A stretch of 59,504 bases of DNA, the filler included, from Sphacelaria rigidula (Eukaryota): assembly GCA_964200075.2 (NCBI GenBank). It is 9 parts of 9 records of this genome, joined end to end, with 100 filler letters (N's around TTAATTAATTAA, not from the genome) between each part and the next. Parts side by side here need not be neighbours in the genome. Positions count along the whole stretch, not along the records: positions 33,116 to 39,638 come from CAXNAA020019565.1; positions 39,739 to 46,260 come from CAXNAA020019566.1; positions 46,361 to 52,882 come from CAXNAA020019567.1; 6 more parts are not named here. The stretch is one strand, 5' to 3'. A program made the translations under genes and the position numbers. A model generated the notes under the pieces. The model searched no databases. It had not been told where the DNA came from and worked only from the letters and a program-made list of their open reading frames with translations. How positions within the stretch are numbered: position 1 is the first letter of the stretch; each line of letters starts with the position of its first letter. Below, in pieces: positions 36,967 to 47,925 of the stretch.

Positions 36967-39959
36967 TGTGGTGTTGTTGGCTGCAGGCCGGCCGGCGCTC
37001 CTCGCGCTTTTCAATTGGAAATTTGACAAAATTTATCTGTATCAACGAAAAGTACAGCACAACACAGCAGTGTGGCCTACTGTGTGTGCTAGGCAGCAGG
37101 TGGCCTGCTGTGTACCCAGGTCTCCGCTGGGGTGATGATGACTCCGGAAAAATGATCGCACATGCCACTTGTCATCATCTGTTGTTCCTTCATGAAATAT
37201 TTTCGGAATAGTTTCCAAAAAGCGCCCTGCCCCAACCCTCACCAGGGCTGCGTTCATGATCCGTACATTCGATCGAATCTGACAAATTTCTCTCTTTTTC
37301 TCTGAGTATTGGCGTTGCACTGGCTCATCTCGGGAAGCTCATGGTACGGTGAAAAACTTCAGCCTTTACTGCATCCTGACAGTCAGCAGTCGGGAACATT
37401 GCCGTGCTACTGTACTGTTTTCTGTACTGGACAGGTGCAGCAGACTTTCCTCGGTAACTGAGACTTGGCTACTCGGTATATCCAAGCGTACTGTACTCTG
37501 CTGTTGTAGACGCGTGCCACTGGCGCTCTTCTATACCAGCCCCCTACACACTGCACCGTACTGTCGGCGTTATCTTCGATGGCGAGTAACACAACGGTAG
37601 AGGAACAGTCTGCCACAGGCGGTGCGTCCGACGGTGAGTTTATCCTCTACATCCCAGTCACGTGTACAGGTCATTGTCGTCTACGGTATATACCACCCCC
37701 AACATTATGGGTTAAACCCCAACTTTCTACTTATACAATACAAAGAGTACGGTACGCGGCGCCGTGGCATGGCGATGGTAAGTGATGTACCCAGTGCCAA
37801 GACGTTACGCGGGGTACAGTCCGGTAGCCCAGCGCAGCAGGGGTCGAGGTAAGTAGTCAATAGTCAGTGATGACAGTGAAACCAAGTAGGTACCCTCGAC
37901 ACCTTCTGACGGTTAGTTCATGGGTTCGAATCTCGTAGCGATCTGGGATTTTTCTCACTTAATGCCCAACAATGAAAAGCGACTGTGTCGTGGGTACACA
38001 AAATTCGCCTTAACCCCCAGACGACGAGCGTCGCCTCGGAACAGTTGTGCAGGCTGACAGTCTCGAGACATCCGGGGGTTTCCAGATCTCGAGGGGCGGG
38101 GGGGGTGTCTCTCCGCGGAGCATCGGAGAAGCTCACGGAGTCAACCATGTGTGTTTGGAAGTTTCCCGCGAAAAATCATGAGCCGTGCAAGAGGCCCGAG
38201 AGGCACGGGATGACCATTCTGACCGATCACGGTCGTCAAAATGAGCACTTATGTTCCGGTAGAGGTAGACAGCTGGTAGACACCTTCGCCGTCTACCCTC
38301 ACGTCTCATTTTGATCGTGCCAAATCAACCATAGATTATATGAGCAAAAAGCAGGTGCTCGGGCATCTTCGGTACACTGTGTCTGTCTGTTCAGTACTGC
38401 CTGAGCGTCCTACTAGCTCCACACCTCCATCTGGTATAAAACGTCATGGCGCCAGACGTGAGCGGCGGCCACGAGCATCCTACGCACGTAGATGTAGACA
38501 AGTACTTCGACGGTGAGGCGACCCGCCATCGCCGAGCAATCGGCCGTCAGAGGCGTTCGCGGCGGTAGTCATTGTGCGATATCCAAACGCACGCTGCGTA
38601 CACTCGGCACGTTCAACACTGTAAGATGCAGTACGCTGGTACGATACACTACAGACTGCACAGCAAAAATATGCGGCGTATTAATCAGGTGGTCGACAAC
38701 CACACCACCGTCTGTGTTGTGACTCTCACAACTATGTGGCTCTTATGCACTTCCGGTCCCTTCCGCCGTAGAGTAGGCGTTTTGAGTTGTGACAAAGGAA
38801 TGATCCTGGACCCAGAAAGTGGAGTGTCTACCTCAGTCCACCAGCGGGGGAGTCGCTGTCCAAGGGTTAATGGTCGACGAGGGAAGGGAACTGCTGAACC
38901 CCTTTCGCGATGAAAATGAAAAAATGAAGGCAAGCACCGCAGGAGGAAGGTGGAGAACTAGAAACGAACAAAAAATAGGAAAATATTGTGTTGTCCTTCC
39001 TCTTGTGTGACCCCGGCTGGTGCGTCCGCATATATCCAGAGGTGTAGACCGGCGTCCAGAATAGACGGGATGACAGCACGAACTGGAACCAAATAGTGCT
39101 TGACGCACTAAAAGTAGTCATTGATACGGTGTCAACGAGTATTTGTTGATTTTACTGAAGTCAAATGGCTATTGAAAACACTGGAATCAGGTATAATAGT
39201 TGTTGTCTACAGGGGAATCAAGTATATTTGATACTACACTGAATCCAAGTAATACAATCCCACAGGAACCTGAAGTGATATCCAGGGCATGGGGGTGATA
39301 TCATATCAACGTCATAATCCAAAATGCATTGCTATTTGTCTGATGATGTTGTAATTTCGACGTTCAACCAGAGCGCTGTCGGAGCCTATACTATCGCCCT
39401 CCCCGACACAAGGAACACACCTGAAGTCCTCACTTTTGAGCTGCTCACGCACAGGCGATCCCCGGGTGGTCACAGCGTCGCTCAATTCCACGCACTATAA
39501 TAATGGAGTTCAGGAGGAACTGGGTTTCTGCCCTCCTAGATTTCCCTTATTCTCGAGAGCCTCAGAGGAGGGGGGTGAAGGGGGGGGGAGGGGGAGGGGG
39601 GTTGCACTCATGATCATGCATGCCATAGCCATCAGACCNNNNNNNNNNNNNNNNNNNNNNNNNNNNNNNNNNNNNNNNNNNNTTAATTAATTAANNNNNN
39701 NNNNNNNNNNNNNNNNNNNNNNNNNNNNNNNNNNNNNNCTCAACGAGTGGAGCAAGTCATTCCAAGGCATCAACATCCGCCTAGCCCTCTGTTCGACCCT
39801 GAATCGACGGAGAAGGGCCCAAAAGGCAGTCTTCGACAGGTATTTTGGACGACCCCCATTAAAGTTGGCCGAACAAGTGACCGTTTAGCACACAATGTTT
39901 TGATCCAAAAAGTGCCGTGGAAAAAAAAGATTCCGATCTGAGTCAGGCTTTTACTTACG

Positions 39960-40150
39960 ATCTATATACCCTACCCGAGAGTTTCTGTGAGTTCTGTGAG
40001 CCTCCCATACCCTTGCCCGACAGTTCTGTGAGTTCTGTACAGAATGTGTACCCGTACCCGGGGCACGGGTATGCCCTTGACGAAATACCCGATTGCCGAT
40101 GCGGTTTTCTGTAAGCTTCCCATACCCTACTCGACAAGTTCTGTAAATAA
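39960..40150. repeat. GAGTTCTGT / CCCGTACCC motif repeat element fragment
   Basis: Repeated GAGTTCTGTGAGTTCTGT and TACCC/GGGTA motifs. A similar ACCCGTACCC motif occurs near 52400. Confidence 0.5.
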
Positions 40151-40160
40151 GGTGAACGGG

Positions 40161-40370
40161 TGTAATGCGTGGGAGGGTCGCGTGCTTGGGGGGGCACATC
40201 GAAGTTTAAATACCCCTATGGTTGGGGTTAGGGTAAGGGTTAGTGTTGAGGTTAGGGTCAGGGGCGTGGTCCCTGTAGGGACTGGCCCGATCTTTGTGAA
40301 AAACGCCGATCCCGGGGTGTTTTGAGCTACGATGCGGTCGCCTAAGCACCCGGGCCTCCCACGCATTACA
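40161..40370 (-). mobile_element. 210-bp TGT…ACA MITE with internal telomere-like repeats, copy 1 (TSD CGGG)
   Basis: TIR TGTAATGCGTGGGAGG…CCTCCCACGCATTACA. CGGG is duplicated on both sides. Internal GGGTTA repeats. Confidence 0.9.
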
Positions 40371-40614
40371 CGGGTTCAGTTCGGCTCCTCTCTTCAACAC
40401 GACATTTGCTGCTGTTCGCTGCACAGGCAATACTCTGACGAGCGATCCTACACGACAAGCGCCACCAAACGTTTGCAACACACCCACATTTTGGAAGCTT
40501 TGTAGTAGTGCAAGGGCGTTCGATACACATCCGCTACAGCCATCCGCTCTTCCCTTTGCGACCGATGATTGACGTGTTTATCGACCGAGGGTAATCATTA
40601 TCGCGTAGTGCACG

Positions 40615-41015
40615 ATATAAATACTACATATGTAATATTTATACAAAGTTCCCTTCGGGAGGTTGGTACTGGTTTCCCGGGGGTGACGCAAGACGAAAAT
40701 ATATCAGTGTTATACCTTTTCCATATTGTGGAGGCATTTGTGTGGGAGAATACGTACCTTCCAGTAGATAATGTCACGTTCCGAAGTCTCGATTGTCTCA
40801 GACCAAGGGTGGAGATCATCAGGGAAAGGAGGCGGGCACTTCCAGCATGAAGAGCTCGCTTCACGGCCGGTGTTCGAAGGTGGAAAAAGCACCATCACGC
40901 ACGAGACCCGTCACAGCACACATCGCAAGTGATTGCCACCGAGAAAAGGTCGCGTCCCGGTAGTACACGGGGAACTTGTGCAGGGTTCTTCACATGCCGG
41001 CTCTACCCCGTGCGC
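40615..41015 (+). repeat. Interspersed repeat; related segments at 32826-32945, 41720-42032 and inverted at 41670-41718
   Basis: Shared ATACAAGGTTCCCCTTCGGGAGGTTGGTACTGG…GGGGTGACGCAAG.CGAAAAT…CAGTGTTATACCTTTT…GGGCACTTCCAGCAT.AAGAGCTC…CCCGTGCGCA. Confidence 0.8.
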
Positions 41016-41087
41016 ATGGATTTCAAATCACAATTGGTAAACCTGAAGAAATGTACTTTCTGAGAAAATTCATGATTTGGGGCAGGT

Positions 41088-41298
41088 TGTAATGCGTGAA
41101 AGGACCGCGTCCTTAGAGAACCGCGCCGCAGTTCAAAACACCTCAGGATCGACGTTTTTCAAAACTAATCGGGTCAGTGCCTGCAGGTACTACGCCCCTG
41201 ACCCTAACCCCAATACTCATCCTAACCCTAACCCTAACAATAAGGATGTGGAAATTCCGATGCGGTCCTCTATGCACTCGGTCCTCTCACGCATTACA
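41088..41298 (+). mobile_element. 211-bp TGT…ACA MITE, copy 2 (TSD CAGGT)
   Basis: TGTAATGCGTGAAAGGACCGCGT…CTCGGTCCTCTCACGCATTACA. CAGGT flanks both ends. Internal CCCTAA repeats. Confidence 0.9.
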
Positions 41299-42139
41299 CA
41301 GGTCAGCAGTGGTGAGCAGTAGATCCAGCTCGTCCAGAACGTGCTTTGGTCCAAAATCGGTTCAAAGGTGTCGATTTGAGCGCTCGCAATGCACGGTTCA
41401 TTTCAGAAACACTCTGCACCCCCCTTGCCCGAGGGTTCTCGGTATGCCTTGGTCGGTATTAGGGTTAGGGTTTGCGTTAGGGTTGGCGGCATCTCGATGG
41501 TACCAACCATTGTTTACATACATGTCTTTAGGTCCCCTCTGTGAAGTACCTGCGTAGGGATGCATCTCTGTCACGAGGACATCGCTGTCATCCCTGTCAC
41601 AAGGACATCCAGGCGCCGGTACTTCACAGGAGCATCCTGCGAGGAAACTCTCTCTCACGGATTGCATGATCACAGGGATTCTGGTATCAACCTCCCGAAG
41701 GGGAACCTTGTATATATACAGTGTTATACCTTTTTGATAATATGGAGGGATGCGTGCCGGAGAATATGTACCGTCTAGTAGATACTGCCATATTTCGAGG
41801 TTTCGATTGTCTGAGCCCAAGACTGGACATCACCACGGGAAGAGGGGTGGGCACTTCCAGCATCAAGAGCTCACCTCACGGGTGAATTACGGATGTGGAG
41901 GAAGCTGCATCACTTACGAGGTATGTAACAGCATAGATTGCAAGCGATTTCTACTGAAAAATCGTGCCGACCTGGTAGTATACGACGAAGTTCGTGGAGG
42001 GTTATGTACATGCGGACCCCATCCCGTGCGCACTGGTCTGAACACATATGATATAGCACAGTACAGCACATCATATACCGCTTGCCGCCTGTGCTTGAGA
42101 CTGCGCACCACCCGCAGCAGTGAGGCCTGTAGCTCCATT

Positions 42140-42584
42140 TAACACGGGATCTTACAAATTGGGGATCGATCTTTTATTGGACATGAGAAACCCGGAGAAT
42201 TAAAATCTTCGTATCCTCACCAAATCTTCGAAATATGATTCCATTTCTTCACCTACTAATAGTTATTGACAACTTCTGCACGCCATAGAATTTTGGATTT
42301 CGATCACCGAAATGTTGGGGTCCTAGGTAAAAAACCATTTTGGGGGAATTCCGGGTGTCCGAACGGACGCCAAAATCGTTCCGGAATTGGTTTTTCACCT
42401 TGGACCCCAACATATCGGCGATCAAAATCCAAAGTTCTATGGCGTGTAGCAGTTGTCAATAGCTATCAGTAGGTGAAGAAAGGGGACCATGTTTCGAAGA
42501 TTTGGTGTGAATACGAAGATTTTAATTCTCCGGGTTTCCCATCCCAATAAGAGATCCATCCCCAATTTGTAAGATCCCGTGTTA
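42140..42584. mobile_element. Fold-back (palindromic) MITE, 445 bp with arms of about 195 bp
   Basis: TAACACGGGATCTTACAAATTGGGGAT… is the reverse complement of …ATCCCCAATTTGTAAGATCCCGTGTTA, and pairing continues inward to about 42337/42388. Confidence 0.93.
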
Positions 42585-42862
42585 TTTGTGCTATTTTCAA
42601 GTAAAATGATCAATAAGGTCCCTACAGCATCATTTTGACGAAAAAATAACACAAATGGACACCTGGCGCAAACACACGATCGTAGGGAAAAGGGAATCAA
42701 GGGGAATACGTACCCTTTTCAAATCGATCATTGTTCTGCAAGAGAAATGGGGGGCGCAGAGACCTACCTGGACGAGACAACCATGGCTCCGTCCACCACA
42801 AAACCATTTTGTAAAATAACCACCAACGGACATTTGTCAAGGAGTCCATGTCTTAGCTTCGT

Positions 42863-45586
42863 CTACCCCCGCCCCGGCCCTGAGGTGTCCGCCCCTGACG
42901 GAAGTACATCCCTCTCGTCTTCGGCTCCCGCGACGATGGATACATCCAAGTCGTCAAGTTCCGCCACTCGCGCAGGCAAGTACTTGAACAAGTGTGTTTG
43001 CGGGATTTCCGAGATGTAGTTTGGGATGCTGTCGTGGTTCAGGTTGAGATACATCAATATCTCAGCATAGACGGCGTCGAGGCGAGAGCGCTGCGGAGTG
43101 GGCATATGTCCCGCACTGCTGAAGTCCCGCTCGATAGCGGCCGCTGTAGCAGGGTGGCCGAACACAGACCTCGCTACATGTGACAGCCAGCGGCACTCCT
43201 TAGTGCCGTAGTCTCTCCACTATTTCAGCGCGTCCTCAAACGGTACCTGTGGCAAAGGTACGAATTGTGGGCATGCCGATGACGTGATCGCGGTTCAGTC
43301 GCCAATTATTGCATTCATTAATTGATTGACTTACATCATTAGCTAACTTGCATAAATAGTTGCTAAATCAAGCTAAACGCATCTATCTGCACCACCAATT
43401 TGCGCCCATCGTACGTCGCATCTTATGGTGACAGAGAGGGCCAACAATCAAAGGTGCTACCTCGCCCAAGTCGCTCCAGAAGGGCTATTTATTGAGTGTT
43501 TCTTGATGTGAAGGAAACAAAATCCTGCGATCGCCTAAGGGGGCGGGTGGGATGTGGGGGGAGCATGGGGTCTGAGATTTGTTTGGGCACCCTTGGGAGG
43601 ACTAGTATGTACTATATTTGGTGGTCCTCTCTCGATTGTTTCATAAATTTCAGTGGCGAGGCGGCGTGTTTCCCCCCCCCCCTCTTTCGTCGCTGAGGGG
43701 AGTATGAAGCATGATTGAAGCGAAGCGACATGCTACAAAATGAAAGCAAGACCAGGCACACTGCTCTCACTACTCATACTTTCGTCTTGCTACGCTTACC
43801 GTGAGGTTGGAGCTGCGGAGGCTCCATTCTTCGACCCAGAATACCCTCACGCCCAAACAAGCTATCCCCGATCCCTCGTCGTCCCAGTTGTCCACGTTGA
43901 GGTGAAGACATGGCTGGCACGCCTTGTCCGCGAGTTTTCGCAACCTTCCCGTCTCATCCGCCTTCGTCGCCGAGTACGTCTCGAGGAGTACATGTTTCAC
44001 CCCTTTCGCACTAAGATACGGCGTCGGTTCCGACCTGCCTTCAGGGTCCATCACAATCGCTGCGTGGTAGTGTCGCACATCCTTGTCCTCGACATAGGTG
44101 AACGGCAGGAACCTCTTCACCAGAACGCGTGCTTGCATCACGTGCCTGTATCTGCCGTCACGTCCGACACAGAGGTATGAAATTGGGAGAGGAATCGTTG
44201 ATATCATATTCGAGAATAAACGGGAAATGGTGATACTCTAAATTGTGATGATATACAGTACAGTGATACACCCTGGTCGGCGGCATATTTCAAACACAGT
44301 TTGTCGAATAAGAAATGATGTGGCATACAGAGAGCACAAATGTAGCGTAACGTGTTTGGTGGTACTCACGCAACGGTGGGACAGCACGTTATCGGTACAA
44401 TCGGTACAATCGGTACAGCACGTTATCGGAGGTGCCGTATCCCAATCAAACATGTTGTGTGTACGGTGCAAAATTGCCATCAACTCATGGCCTCGTGGCC
44501 AGCACAGTACAGTACAGTGCAGTGCATGGCACACATGGCTCTCCTCGATACCATTTATTATATACTTTGTGCTCGTGTACAAATAGATTCGTAAATTTTG
44601 AATTTGAAATTTGGAATTTGGAATTTGAAATCTGTGCACATGCACACCACAGTAGTGATGTCGGGTACTGTAAGAATAATGTACAGTACAGGGATACTTC
44701 CTGGTCGACGGCATATTTCAAACACAGTTTGTCATATAAGAAATTATGCGACATACAGACAGCACGACTACAGCGTAACGTGTTTGGTGATACTCACGCA
44801 ACGGTAGTACAGCACGTTATCGGAGGTACCGCATCCCAAACACACACATGGCACTACAAACGTACACTAGCAGTACAACAGTCAACACAAACACAGCACG
44901 ACTTCTGCGCTTTTGCTTGTAATTTCACACATGCCCACAAAAACGTATGTATTTCTGGTTGTATCACAAAGCAGTACCGCTGCAGTTCATACTGTATACG
45001 AACACACATACAGCAATACAGGCTGAATCATTCAGTGTATGTGTTGTCTCATCTATTTCGGACGCCGATCTACACCTTTCGGTTTTTGTGGCCGCACCAG
45101 CAGCGGGGTCACACAGGAGGAAGGTCAACTCATCAACAACAGCCAGTACTTTTGGTTGAATCATAAAGCAGTACAACTGCATTTCATATAAAAATGCTTA
45201 TGTGCTCCCATCTTGTGAAAGTTGAACTTCTTCGCGGCTTCAAGCCTATCGCAGGCCTCTGCCTTCGTTGCCTTCATTTTTTGTCCCCTGGTTGACTGTA
45301 GCCCGTGCGTACCAGCGAGATGCCTGCCCCCGTTGGTGTTGGCCCCAGTCCAAGCCCTCAATTCTACCTCCTTCTCGCACTCGGCAGTGGCGAGGTAGAT
45401 CCACGCCGCCTGTTGTGACTGCTCGTGAATGAGCTTGAACCCCGCGAACCAATTCAGCGATGTTGCGCCGGGAGGTATATCTACCTTGCGGTACCCGTGT
45501 GGGGCCTCAAACGCCTGGACACGTTGCCACACATCCTCACGCACGTCGTCCGGACAAAGTGCCGCCTTCCCCTCGTCTGGCACCAA
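42863..45586 (-). mobile_element. Degenerate intron-containing hAT DNA transposon (transposase pseudogene): segments about 45180-45586, 43799-44175, 42863-43248
   Basis: The N-terminal segment has a degenerate BED-finger-like pattern (W.AGF…C…N..RHL...HG). The middle segment has LHLNVDNW (first catalytic Asp). The C-terminal hAT dimerisation segment reads ALK*WRDYG…LSHVARSVFGHPATAAAIERDFSSAG…RSRL and contains an in-frame stop. Confidence 0.85.
44250..44850 (+). repeat. Direct duplication of about 170 bp (44250-44450 / 44680-44845)
   Basis: TACAGTACAG.GATAC..CCTGGTCG.CGGCATATTTCAAACACAGTTTGTC…AGCGTAACGTGTTTGGTG.TACTCACGCAACGGT…CAGCACGTTATCGGAGGT occurs twice. Confidence 0.85.
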
Positions 45587-45748
45587 ACGGCACTGCTGTT
45601 TTATGTGAATGTAAATGTACTACTCTTCTCGACAGGTCCTCTGCGCCGCTTCACGTGAACTTTGATTTGTGTGTGTGGGGGGGGGGAGGAGGGTAGGGTT
45701 GGTGGGCGGGACTAAACGAGAACGAGCTTTAGAGCTTGACCGTTGTAC

Positions 45749-45959
45749 TGTAATACGTGAGAGGACCGCGTGCTTAGAGGACCGCGCCCTGGGTCAAAAC
45801 ACCTCAGGGTCAACGATTTTCAAAACCAGTCGGGTCAGTCCTTGGAGGTACCACGCCCCTGACCCGATCCCCAACACTAACCCTAACCCTAACCCTAACC
45901 ATAGGGGTGTTCAAATTCCGATGCGATCCTCTAAGCACGCGGTCCTCTCACGCATTACA
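45749..45959 (+). mobile_element. 211-bp TGT…ACA MITE, copy 3 (TSD GTAC)
   Basis: TGTAATACGTGAGAGGACCGCGTGCTTAGAGGA…TCCTCTAAGCACGCGGTCCTCTCACGCATTACA. GTAC is duplicated. Internal (CCCTAA)3. Confidence 0.92.
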
Positions 45960-46062
45960 GTACGTTTGCAGATGTGCATGTGAACTTGAAGGTTCTAGAT
46001 TCGAGATCGTGGAAGAGTTATTTGCTCGTCGGATTGGTGACTCCTCCACTGAAGTCGTTCAT

Positions 46063-46260
46063 CACGAGCGATGACTCGAGTGCTCGCCCTATTTATTTGT
46101 TTCCACAACGAGCAATGACTCGAGTGCTCGCCCTATTATTGTTTTTCACAACGAGCAATGACTCGAGTGCTCACCCTATTCATTTGTTTCCACAACGAGC
46201 AATGACTCGAGTGCTCGCCCCGTTCATTTTTCGCACAACGAGTAATGACTCGAGTGCTCG
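46063..46260 (+). repeat. 43-44-bp minisatellite (ACAACGAGCAATGACTCGAGTGCTCGCCCTATTTATTTGTTTCC), about 5 copies, truncated by contig end
   Basis: Directly visible tandem units. Confidence 0.93.
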
Positions 46261-46360
46261 NNNNNNNNNNNNNNNNNNNNNNNNNNNNNNNNNNNNNNNN
46301 NNNNTTAATTAATTAANNNNNNNNNNNNNNNNNNNNNNNNNNNNNNNNNNNNNNNNNNNN

Positions 46361-46595
46361 AAACAGGGAAAATCGCCACCACACGTCTTGGACACTTTGT
46401 ATCACCCCACCGAGAGGAGCCTAGCCCACTTTTCCGATTCGCTTGGGTCAGAGATTCGAGAGTGGCCCCCGGACAAAAACACGACGAAAACATCTATTGC
46501 ACAATCTGTAGGTATTTTGAGGAAAAGTGGGCCAGGCTCCTCTCGGTGGGATGATACAAAGTGTCCAAGACGTGTGGTGGCGATTTTCCCTGTTT
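46361..46595. repeat. Inverted repeat with 75-bp arms (46361-46435 / 46521-46595); a second inverted pair at about 46955-47040 / 47087-47172
   Basis: AAACAGGGAAAATCGCCACCACACGTCTTGGACACTTTGTATCA… pairs with …TGATACAAAGTGTCCAAGACGTGTGGTGGCGATTTTCCCTGTTT. Confidence 0.9.
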
Positions 46596-47925
46596 GGGGG
46601 TCAAAAACCTTGTCAAATATCCTAAAAGTGGAAAATATGAGTCAAACAAAATACGAACCGGAAGAAACGACCTTATCATTTTTTTTTTCCTTGTGAAGTA
46701 TTCGTGATCTAAATTTCGGAACAATTTTCCTGGTACAAAAGCGTCGGCAACTCATTGAAGAAACAAAATGTCAAGGGGGGACAATAGGGACTTCACAACA
46801 TACTTCATGCGCGTCGTGTCAAAATTTCGTGGAAAAACACTTGAAATTGAACAGTATAGCTGCGTTTCATTTTTTCGCGGCTGGTCCATCTCCACACAAG
46901 AACCGGTCTTCGACCCGAAGACGTAATTTGACAGATCATTTTTGGGTCGTTTTCTATGAAAGTTGGACACGATGTACAGAATGTATATGCGAAGACTCCA
47001 CTTTCTGCCCCCCACATTTTGTTTTTTTCTCCGTGAGTTATCGGCGATCAAACAATTCAGGACAGTTTATTTCAGATCAAAAGCGTGAATAACTCCCGAA
47101 AAAAAAATGTAGGGGGCAGAAGATGGAGTCTTCGTACACACTTCTTGTACATCGTGTCAAAATTTCATAGAGAACGATCCACAATTGACCTGCTCAATCG
47201 CCTGTTCACATCCCTGTCCGCGTCTTGGGCGGCCCAGGCTGTAATCGTTAGTTCCAGCACCCTCGTTCTGTAGATTTTTGAAGACCATTCGCGGAATACG
47301 CAATCGATCGACGCATTGTTGATACCTACTTGCACGTGCTTTGCGAGTGGCAACCAGCCAACCGGCTACAGTACCTCACTGTCACTGTGCTGGCGGGATG
47401 TACGCAGCATATCGCTTAGATCTCAGACCTTGTGACCCGTGCAACTAGAACCTATGCTTACACATGTCCGCATAGGGTCTGGTGAGGTTGGGCCACGATC
47501 ACGTCTCCCGTGTGTGTAGCCGCCCAGATGTCAGCTGACGTTCCACATGCTTTTTTTGTTGCCGTTGCTTCCTCCCTTCTTTTTTTCTGTGGCTGTTGCT
47601 TCTGTCTATTTCTGTTTCTTGCTTTCTTTCCTTATTCTGCTCTTTTTTGCTGCTCCTGACCACAGGCTGGATTGTTGCAATCAGCTAGTGTGCGATAATC
47701 AAATCAAATCAAGTCAAATCAAATGCCTCGCGCTGGATGAACTTCGCTTGTGGCGGAGGCGTTGAAGTGCTTTCGGCAATATGGAATAAACTTTCCGGTC
47801 GCCGGGAGAGACTCAGCTCCTCCTGCGCACTGTCTCTCACGCTTGCTGTGCGGATGACATCGCAATAACTGAACACATAGCTGACAGTCCTGCCCCTTCC
47901 TTGCCTCATGCACCCCAACGTACAG

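Noticed and set aside
46063..46260. CRISPR array
   Set aside because: The variable parts are short and mutually similar, so it is a tandem minisatellite.
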